Positions 15,500 to 24,000 of a DNA stretch of 24,000 nt are shown in pieces. The notes below the pieces were generated by a model. That model was not told where the DNA came from. It made no database searches and worked only from the letters and a program-made list of their open reading frames with translations. Position numbers and translations under genes: made by a program. Origin of the DNA: Methanocaldococcus sp. FS406-22 (lineage in GTDB: Archaea > AGJL01 > Methanococci > Methanococcales > Methanocaldococcaceae); assembly GCF_000025525.1 (NCBI RefSeq), contig NC_013887.1:110729-134728 (forward strand), given 5' to 3'. Numbering within the stretch: position 1 is the first letter of the stretch; every line of letters begins with the position of its first letter.

Positions 15500-16306
15500 A
15501 TGATTCAAATAACAGTAATTCAAATAGACAATTACGGACCTTGGACAGTTACACCAAATCCAAGGAGAGAGAGTGATTTACAAGCTCTGCAGAGCAGATT
15601 ATATGCTGATTTAAATCTCATGTTTGGGGCTCATAAGGGATTGGTGTTTTATACAAGATTTGATAATTTAATAGCAATAACAAATGGTATTGATTTAATT
15701 ACACACAAAAGAATTCAGGAGAGTATAAGGAATAGGTATCCATTTACAGTTAGTATGGTTATTGCCTCTGCTGAAACACCTTATGAAGCTCAAAAATTAG
15801 CTACTGAAACACTTCAAGAGTATGGAAGTGCCCAGGATGAGAATAGGAAAGAGGTTTTAGATGTTGCCAATGAGTTAGTTGTTGATGGATACGTTCAGAT
15901 TGCCCACATTGATATAAACAACATTACAGGAACTCTTACAGATATAGTGAGTGCCTATGACACCTATCTAAATGTAAATAAAGTTAAATTAGCATTGATG
16001 GAAGAGCTTTTAAAACATAATGCTTTGTTGTTTTTTATAGGTGGAGATAACTTCATGTCTCCATCAAATGGAATGAATGAGGAAGATTTCTTGGATATTT
16101 TCAACAGAATCAATAAAAAGTATAAGATAGAGCTAAAAGCAGGAATTGGGATAGGAAGAACTGCTGAAGATGCCTCAAACTTAGCAGATATTGGATTAGA
16201 AAAAATTAGAGGAAAGTTGGTTGATAAGAATGTATGCACTTTAAAGCAGGATGACTTTTTAGAGCAAAATATAACAACTGGAAGATTATGTGGATTACAA
16301 AGGTGA
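15500..16306 (+). CDS. gch3: GTP cyclohydrolase III (riboflavin/F420 branch)
   Basis: 268 aa. [38 protein letters not shown]... matches my recollection of M. jannaschii MJ0145, the characterised GTP cyclohydrolase III. Confidence 0.92.
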   Translation: MIQITVIQIDNYGPWTVTPNPRRESDLQALQSRLYADLNLMFGAHKGLVFYTRFDNLIAITNGIDLITHKRIQESIRNRYPFTVSMVIASAETPYEAQKLATETLQEYGSAQDENRKEVLDVANELVVDGYVQIAHIDINNITGTLTDIVSAYDTYLNVNKVKLALMEELLKHNALLFFIGGDNFMSPSNGMNEEDFLDIFNRINKKYKIELKAGIGIGRTAEDASNLADIGLEKIRGKLVDKNVCTLKQDDFLEQNITTGRLCGLQR

Positions 16307-16315
16307 TTACATACT

Positions 16316-17092
16316 ATGAACAAAAAAATAGAAGAATTAAATGAGTTAGATAAAAAAGTTGTCTTAGCTCCAATGGCAGGCATTACTGATGGGGATTTCT
16401 GCAAAAAATTTAAGGATTTGTTTGCCATTGTTACCATTGGTGGTTATAATTTAGATACTGCAACTTATAAAGCAAGTAGGGAGATAGAGAAAAGGGGAAG
16501 AAAGGAATTTTCTATAAATTTGGAGGAGTTCAACAACTATATAATTGAGCAAATAAAAAAGGCAAGAGAAAGCAATGCCTTAGTTTCAGTTAATGTTAGA
16601 TTTGTTAATGTTGAAGAAGCTTATGATAAATTATTAACCATTGCCAAACATGCTGATGTCATTGAACTTAACTGCCATTGTAGGCAGAAGGAAATAACTT
16701 CATTAGGTATAGGGCAAGAGTTAATGAAAAATAAAAATCTTCTGAAAGAATTTTTGACTAAAATGAAAGAGTTAAATAAACCAATTTTTTTAAAAATAAG
16801 GTTAAATTACATCCCATTAAAAGAGTTAATAGATAATTTAAACTATGTGAGAGATTATTTTGATGGATTGCACGTTGATTGTTTTTATCCAGGAAAACCT
16901 TATGCTGATTTAAACTCATTAAAAACCTTAGCAGAAGAATTTAGTGATAAGGTAATAATTGGAAACAACTCAATCGATTCATTAGAAAAAGCTAAGGAAA
17001 TGCTAAGATACTCTGATTTTGTATCTGTTGCAAGGACTGTTTTAAAAGGTAATGTTAAATGGATAAAAGAGCTAAATGAAAGAGACATTTAA
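16316..17092 (+). CDS. Dus/NifR3-related TIM-barrel flavoprotein (archaeal nifR3_rel type)
   Basis: 258 aa. N-terminal VLAPMAGITDGDFCKKF is the Dus-family FMN-barrel signature. ELNCHC resembles the Dus catalytic Cys region. It converges on and overlaps the hemA stop by 4 nt. Confidence 0.75.
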   Translation: MNKKIEELNELDKKVVLAPMAGITDGDFCKKFKDLFAIVTIGGYNLDTATYKASREIEKRGRKEFSINLEEFNNYIIEQIKKARESNALVSVNVRFVNVEEAYDKLLTIAKHADVIELNCHCRQKEITSLGIGQELMKNKNLLKEFLTKMKELNKPIFLKIRLNYIPLKELIDNLNYVRDYFDGLHVDCFYPGKPYADLNSLKTLAEEFSDKVIIGNNSIDSLEKAKEMLRYSDFVSVARTVLKGNVKWIKELNERDI

Positions 17093-18267
17093 TTTTTATT
17101 TTTACTACCGAGTTTTTTAAATTCTTTGGCTAAGCACTCAAAAACCTCTTTATCTTCCACATTCTCAAATATCTTTATTATATCGTAAATTATCCTTTTA
17201 CACAATGCCTTTGAAAAATCTTCTAAAACTTCCTCAACAGATTTATTTTTATTCTTTAATATCTTTTTCGCTTTTTCAACTTCCTTTTTTCTTACATTTT
17301 CAATATACTGCCCAAGTTCTTTTATTGCAGTCTCAAATTTCATTTTATCAAGAAGTTCTTTTAACTGCTCCATCTCCTCACAAATAATCATCTCAACCTT
17401 TGGAATTTCTCCTTTCCTCTTCTTTAAATTTTCCTCAGCAACTAACTTCAAATCATCGATTGTAAATAAAAAAATATCTGGCAACTCTCTAATATCATCA
17501 GTTGTATCTCTTGGATTGGCTATATCTATAATAATTGTCTTTCCAGCATTTTTTAATCGCTCTTTATTTAAAATTGGGTGTGGGGCCCCTGTTGCTGATA
17601 TAACTATATCGGCATATCTTAAGGCTTCTTCCAATTTATCAAACTTTATAGCCATTCCACCAAGTTCTTTAGCCAATTTTTCAGCTTTTTCATAAGTTCT
17701 GTTTGCTACAATAATTGCTTTAATGTTCTTTTCTTTTAATGCCTTTATAACTAAATTTGCCATCTCTCCAGCTCCAATTAATAAGACATTTTTCCCTTCT
17801 AATCCAAAAATCTTCTCTGCCAATTCAACTGCCGCAGAGCCAATTGAAACTCCCCCCTCATTAATCTTTGTTTCAACTCTTGCCCTTTGTCCAGTATGTA
17901 TTGCTTTTAAAATAATCTTCTCCAATTTCTTAGAAATTTTCCCTTTCTCTTTTGCTTTTAGATAGGCATTTTTTAACTGCCCAAGTATTTGGTTTTCTCC
18001 AACAATCATTGATTCCAAGCCAGAGGCAACTCTAAAAAGATGTTCTATTGCTTCATCTCCAAATAGAATATCAAACTTTTCTAAATCTATATTTTCAATT
18101 CCTTTAATCTCTTCTAAGCTATCTGCATCAAAGATTATCTCAACTCTGTTACATGTTTGTAATAATATGGCATTGTCAAATGTCTCATAAAATTTTTCTT
18201 CATCCATTCTAAGCTTTTCTAATTCAGAAACGTTGTATTTCTTATAATCAGCTTTTAGTATTATCAT
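17089..18267 (-). CDS. hemA: Glutamyl-tRNA reductase
   Basis: 392 aa. LQTCNRVEI catalytic Cys motif, GLESMIVGENQILGQLK, and NADPH Rossmann motif LLIGAGEMA. Confidence 0.95.
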   Translation of the reverse strand: MIILKADYKKYNVSELEKLRMDEEKFYETFDNAILLQTCNRVEIIFDADSLEEIKGIENIDLEKFDILFGDEAIEHLFRVASGLESMIVGENQILGQLKNAYLKAKEKGKISKKLEKIILKAIHTGQRARVETKINEGGVSIGSAAVELAEKIFGLEGKNVLLIGAGEMANLVIKALKEKNIKAIIVANRTYEKAEKLAKELGGMAIKFDKLEEALRYADIVISATGAPHPILNKERLKNAGKTIIIDIANPRDTTDDIRELPDIFLFTIDDLKLVAEENLKKRKGEIPKVEMIICEEMEQLKELLDKMKFETAIKELGQYIENVRKKEVEKAKKILKNKNKSVEEVLEDFSKALCKRIIYDIIKIFENVEDKEVFECLAKEFKKLGSKNKN

Positions 18268-18672
18268 TCTCTCCCTTTAGTATATTTTTTAAATATTTTT
18301 TGGTTTCGCTTAAAAATATATGTCCTTTGTGAAGTAAATCTTCAGCTTCTTCTTTCTTTATTTCAATGGTTGCGTCATAATCAGCAGTTTGCCCTATAAT
18401 CATACGCTTCGGTTATATATTCGAACAATTCGACACTTAACTCATTAGTTTTTATAAATTCTTTTGCAAACATTTTTAAAATTCCACTATGTTTTTTAGG
18501 GCTAATTTCTTTTGTTAATAATAAAGCCTTAGCACAATAAAACATTGAGTAATATATTCTTGAAACAGCAAAATCATAAAATTCGCATATTATAAAGATT
18601 TTCTGATGCTTTTATGGATTTTTCTGCTTTTTCTATCAATTTTTTAATCTCTTTTTTATATTTCAATTCCAT
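18248..18672 (-). pseudogene. HEPN-domain protein gene (partner of the MNT nucleotidyltransferase) disrupted by two frameshifts
   Basis: Minus-strand ATG at 18672 gives MELKYKKEIKKLIEKAEKSIKASENLYNMRIL* (stop 18574-18576). The next frame reads CEFYDFAVSRIYYSMFYCAKALLLTKEISPKKHSGILKMFAKEFIKTNELSVELFEYITEAYDYRANC* (stop 18381-18383). The third frame reads QTADYDATIEIKKEEAEDLLHKGHIFLSETKKYLKNILKGENDNTKS* (stop 18248-18250). Joined, these form a ~140-aa HEPN-like protein. The second shift sits at the GGG run 18392-18394. Confidence 0.7.
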
Positions 18673-18955
18673 AACTTTCAACCTCATCAATAAAAGATGT
18701 TCTTATAGTTTTTTTGTAAATTATTGGGCTAATTAAAATATCATATTTTAACGAATATCTTGAAGCAATTTTAATAATTTTTTCTTTTTCTTTAAGAGTA
18801 GGCATTTCTTTAACCAAAATTAAAATATCAACGTCACTCTCTTCATCATAATCTCCTCTTGCATAACTTCCAAATAAAATGACTCTATCCAATTTATCTT
18901 TTAAAATGGTTAATATATCCTTTTTAAACTCCTTTATAATTTCAATGATTTCCAT
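18656..18955 (-). CDS. Minimal nucleotidyltransferase (MNT; antitoxin-type partner of HEPN)
   Basis: 99 aa. Pol-beta NTase signature LFGSYARGDYDEESDVDILILV. Its 3' end overlaps the HEPN pseudogene start. Confidence 0.85.
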   Translation of the reverse strand: MEIIEIIKEFKKDILTILKDKLDRVILFGSYARGDYDEESDVDILILVKEMPTLKEKEKIIKIASRYSLKYDILISPIIYKKTIRTSFIDEVESYGIEI

Positions 18956-19571
18956 TTTCCCACTTCTCTATTAATCTTTTTAATTCTTCTCTAAATTTCT
19001 TATCTTCAAAAATCTTTTTTAATATTTTTTCTCGGTCTCTCTGTTTAGGAATTGTCTCTTTTAAAAACTCTCTCATATATGCCATCATATTTATGTCAGT
19101 TGATTTTAGATAGTTTTCAACAAAAATTCTTATATGCTTAGCTATTAAAGGGCTTTTTCCTTTTGTGTATATGCTAAATATTACCTCATCAACTTCTGTA
19201 TAGGCAGGGATGATAAAATTAACTCCTTCTGTCTTTGTTGAGGAATTTACAAATTTGTTTAACTCTTTAGCTAATCTAACTATCCTTTTATTAATTTTAT
19301 CATTGATGGCCGTTACTATGAAATCATAGCCCATTATAATATTTTTTAACTCTTCATCGTCTAAGCTTTCAACATCAATTTCAATTAAATTTAGGTTTTT
19401 ATTATTTTCTTTTAATTTTTTTATTTCTTCATCAAATTCCTTAGAGTAGATATCAACAATTCCCCCACTTTTTAATATTTTCTTAGCCCTTCTCTTTCCT
19501 ACACTTCCACAACCAAATACTGCAACTTTTTTTCCTTCAAAAGATAACAAAACAGGAAGCAAATTAATCAC
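18942..19571 (-). CDS. Precorrin-2 dehydrogenase / sirohydrochlorin ferrochelatase (CysG N-terminal-type, SirC-like)
   Basis: 209 aa. N-terminal Rossmann motif KKVAVFGCGSVGKRRAKKIL with domain size typical of the siroheme synthase N-terminal domain. It lies in the same minus-strand string as hemA. Confidence 0.8.
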   Translation of the reverse strand: MINLLPVLLSFEGKKVAVFGCGSVGKRRAKKILKSGGIVDIYSKEFDEEIKKLKENNKNLNLIEIDVESLDDEELKNIIMGYDFIVTAINDKINKRIVRLAKELNKFVNSSTKTEGVNFIIPAYTEVDEVIFSIYTKGKSPLIAKHIRIFVENYLKSTDINMMAYMREFLKETIPKQRDREKILKKIFEDKKFREELKRLIEKWENGNH

Positions 19572-21108
19572 CTATAATTTTTCCTTCTAAATACTTTTCA
19601 TAAGCTTTAATTATTTTAACTTTCTTTGTTTTTCCAATAAATTTAGCTCCATCTTTAACAACAACCATTAATCCGCTATCTGGAAGATAGCCAATAGCAT
19701 CTCTTTTATTTCTAAAGTGTCTTTCTGATATTATAACTTCTAAAACTTTTCCTACATATTTTTTCTTTATCTCTAAATTTATTTTATTGGCTGTTTCTCT
19801 AATTAGTAAAGAATGCTTGGTAATATTTGGCTTAAAATTTTGAAATGCAGACATCGGCAGAGGTCTAAATTTATAGACAGTTATTTTGTCAATATATGGT
19901 TTAATCTTATGCATAAAATTAACTGTGTTTTTTGCAGTATCTTTATTTTCTCCAGGTAATCCATAAATTAAATAGACCTGAGCTTTTAAATTATATTTTT
20001 TTGCTATTTTAACAGCTTTTAAGACATCATCTGGTGTTGCAGGTCTTCCTAATAATCTGCAATGCTCTTTATCCCCACTCTCACAACCAATATAGATTGG
20101 GGTTTTTAGATATTTGCTAAATATCTCTGCCACTCTTTCATCAAACAAATTTGCCTTTATATTCTCAATTAATATGTTTGCATTATATTTATCAGCCAAA
20201 TCTTTGCAATTTGATAATAAAGATTCAATTGCTTCATAGTTTGGTTCTGGGAAGTTAGGATTTATTAATCTCTCCCCTCTTTCATAATCTAAAAAATCTG
20301 GGGCAGAAAGAACTATTCTTTTAACTCCTTCCTCTAATAAAGATTCAACTTCTTTTAATATATCTTCTTCATCTCTACTTCTTGCATATCCAAAGACAGA
20401 AGGGACGGAGCAGAAACCACAACCAGGATTTATATTTAAAGGGCATTTTAATGTTCCATTTTCACATAAGTTACATTTTTTGTTAGTGCATAGTAATAGG
20501 GGTCTTTTAAAATTGCTACAACCTCTAACAACCTCAACATAAACTCTCGCAGAGAAGTAATTTTTATAGTCTTTAATTTCTGTTGATGGAGTTATTAGCT
20601 TTAAATCAGTTAAAATCTCTCTCAAAGGGTTTATTTTTAATTCATCTTCATTATAATCCCAATATGTTGTTCCTTTAACATCTTCAGCATCAAAGTCCTT
20701 TTTTATCAATTCCCTTATTGTTATCTCCCCCTCTCCAACTATGCTTATATCTGCCTCTACTTTTTCTAAAAGGTTTATATCATTAGCTATTGGCCCTCCG
20801 ACAATTATTTTACTGTTAGTTTTTAATCTAATTCTTTCAACTAATTTTTTAACACATTTAAAGTCAGAAGTCATTGCACTAATAAAAATTAGATTGTATT
20901 TTTTAGCATCTTTAATATCTAAATCTTCTACTGGTGTTATCTTAGCTTCAACTCCCTCATTCTGCAAAATACCTTTAACTGTTCTCGGCCCAGCTCCAAT
21001 AACGTCCCTTGCTAAAATTCTTTTTCCATCACCAGAAGCTAAACAATCAATAATTAATGCTTTCATTTTCTCACTTATAAAAAATCTAAGATTTTTTAGA
21101 GATAACAA
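19564..21108 (-). CDS. Radical SAM protein with N-terminal B12-binding-like domain and C-terminal TRAM-like domain
   Basis: 514 aa. Flavodoxin/B12-like N-terminus (MKALIIDCLASGDG...IVGGP), cluster region VVRGCSNF...GCGFCSVP, and a C-terminal beta-rich YVGKVLEVIISE...VKIIKA. The ATG at 21066 (MKALII) is a plausible alternative start. Confidence 0.75.
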   Translation of the reverse strand: MLSLKNLRFFISEKMKALIIDCLASGDGKRILARDVIGAGPRTVKGILQNEGVEAKITPVEDLDIKDAKKYNLIFISAMTSDFKCVKKLVERIRLKTNSKIIVGGPIANDINLLEKVEADISIVGEGEITIRELIKKDFDAEDVKGTTYWDYNEDELKINPLREILTDLKLITPSTEIKDYKNYFSARVYVEVVRGCSNFKRPLLLCTNKKCNLCENGTLKCPLNINPGCGFCSVPSVFGYARSRDEEDILKEVESLLEEGVKRIVLSAPDFLDYERGERLINPNFPEPNYEAIESLLSNCKDLADKYNANILIENIKANLFDERVAEIFSKYLKTPIYIGCESGDKEHCRLLGRPATPDDVLKAVKIAKKYNLKAQVYLIYGLPGENKDTAKNTVNFMHKIKPYIDKITVYKFRPLPMSAFQNFKPNITKHSLLIRETANKINLEIKKKYVGKVLEVIISERHFRNKRDAIGYLPDSGLMVVVKDGAKFIGKTKKVKIIKAYEKYLEGKIIGD

Positions 21109-21161
21109 TTCATAAATATTCTAACTAACAGAAAATATTATGTAGGCAATATTTAAAATGA

Positions 21162-21887
<726 letters not shown>

Positions 21888-21905
21888 AAATTACATCAAA
21901 TTAGG

Positions 21906-22286
21906 ATGGTAACCATGAAAATAATAAAAACTGAATATGACAAAATTAAGCCCTACATTACCAAAGATGGCTCAATAATTAGAGAATTAATGCATCCAAA
22001 CATTTATAAAAATGTAAAACAAAGTTTAGCGGAGGCAATAGTTCCTGTAGGTTCTAAAACTTTATTACATAAACATCACAAATCTGAAGAGATATATTAT
22101 ATCTTAGAGGGAAAGGGATTAATGACATTGGGTAATGAAAAATTTGAAGTTAAAAAAGGAGATGCCATATTAATTCCTCCTGAAACTCCCCATAAAATTG
22201 AAAATATTGGTAATGTCCCTTTAAAGATATTGTGTTGCAGTTTTCCACCATATTCTCATGAAGATACTGAAATATTAGAAAAATAA
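21906..22286 (+). CDS. Cupin-domain protein
   Basis: 126 aa. Cupin motifs HKHHKSEEIYYILEGKG and GDAILIPPETPHKIEN. The start may be the ATG at 21915 (MKIIKTEY). Confidence 0.8.
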   Translation: MVTMKIIKTEYDKIKPYITKDGSIIRELMHPNIYKNVKQSLAEAIVPVGSKTLLHKHHKSEEIYYILEGKGLMTLGNEKFEVKKGDAILIPPETPHKIENIGNVPLKILCCSFPPYSHEDTEILEK

Positions 22287-22289
22287 TTT

Positions 22290-22565
22290 TTATTTTATTC
22301 TTATTCCAAAAGCAAATAAAAACATCCAAACAATCATCAATATTGCTATTAATACAGAAAGAATCATCAAACCTGGGGAATTTCCAAAGACTATAGGAAT
22401 TGGCCCAATCATTATAATCCCAGAATATTCAACATTATTCTCCTCAGTTTCTTGTTTTTTATAATTTTCTTGAGAACTTGGCAGAATCATTCCTAAAGTT
22501 ATCATAAAAAATCCAATAAACATCAAAATAATGCCTAAAAATATTAATATTGGCTTCATAACCAT
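22290..22565 (-). CDS. Small integral membrane protein (DUF131/TIGR00304-like)
   Basis: 91 aa with three hydrophobic segments. The IMIGPIPIVFGNSP motif is what I associate with the archaeal DUF131 family. Confidence 0.65.
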   Translation of the reverse strand: MVMKPILIFLGIILMFIGFFMITLGMILPSSQENYKKQETEENNVEYSGIIMIGPIPIVFGNSPGLMILSVLIAILMIVWMFLFAFGIRIK

Positions 22566-22584
22566 CCCTTTTAAAAAATAAATA

Positions 22585-22650
22585 TTATTTTCCTAAAGGA
22601 TAGTTAGGGGGTTCATTGGTAATAATGATGTCATGTGGATGGCTTTCAAC
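22585..22650 (-). pseudogene. Orphan second copy of the last 21 codons + stop of guaB
   Basis: The reverse complement reads GTT GAA AGC CAT CCA CAT GAC ATC ATT ATT ACC AAT GAA CCC CCT AAC TAT CCT TTA GGA AAA TAA ([21 protein letters not shown]). The functional tail 22717-22782 encodes [21 protein letters not shown]. 53/66 nt are identical, and 12 of the 13 differences are synonymous. Confidence 0.8.
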
Positions 22651-22716
22651 GAAAGGGCTTCTCCCCTTTTCAAACCCCAAGGATATCTCCGAGCGAAGCG
22701 AGGAGGTATAAAGAAG
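22651..22716. repeat. GC-rich double-hairpin insert E2 (related to 15034-15118)
   Basis: Hairpin 1: AAAGGG(22652-22657)-CTTCTC-CCCTTT(22664-22669). Hairpin 2: CTCC(22687-22690)-GAGCGAAGCGA-GGAG(22702-22705). It lies between the two guaB tails and is much more GC-rich than the surrounding spacer DNA. Confidence 0.5.

Positions 22717-24000
<1,284 letters not shown>

Noticed and set aside
15500-16306. GTP cyclohydrolase III as a supplier of 7-deazaguanine precursor for the TGT-like system
   Set aside because: GCH III makes the formylamino-pyrimidine intermediate of the riboflavin/F420 branch, not the GCH I-type product used for preQ0. The gene belongs to the conserved ferredoxin-gch3-dus-hemA block (M. 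jannaschii-like synteny, from memory), so the proximity is most likely coincidental.
15964-17965. ORFs 15964-16437 (-), 16900-17088 (-), 17205-17387 (+) and 17723-17965 (+)
   Set aside because: They are antisense to gch3, the Dus-like gene and hemA, all of which have strong family signatures.

Overview
AT-rich archaeal chromosome segment, almost certainly from a Methanocaldococcus-type hyperthermophilic methanogen. The Cbf5, GTP cyclohydrolase III, HemA, BirA and IMPDH products match, from memory and not searched, the M. jannaschii MJ0143-MJ0152 and MJ1616-MJ1619 neighbourhoods. Housekeeping genes occupy 1-3637 and 13939-24000. Between cbf5 and an archaeal-ATPase-family gene lies a ~10 kb same-strand, nearly gap-free and visibly more AT-rich gene train (3680-13882). 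Its last six genes (5842-13882) encode a minimal TGT/DpdA-like transglycosylase, two small orphans (one a mini P-loop), a 1266-aa BrxC/PglY-like P-loop/coiled-coil protein, a PglZ-type phosphatase-fold protein and a HerA/FtsK-type ATPase. This is a BREX-like core whose modification module looks like a 7-deazaguanine base-exchange enzyme rather than a methyltransferase, and I regard it as the candidate undescribed system. The first three genes (2-hydroxyacyl-CoA-dehydratase-like subunit, its ATP-dependent activase, a GNAT acetyltransferase) are packed directly onto it and may be a tailoring module. Separately, two GC-rich double-hairpin inserts (15034-15118 and 22651-22716) sit immediately after stop codons, each flanked by a second, synonymously diverged copy of the upstream gene's 3' coding end. 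The HEPN gene of an MNT-HEPN pair is frameshifted. No rRNA, tRNA, CRISPR array or transposase gene was recognised.
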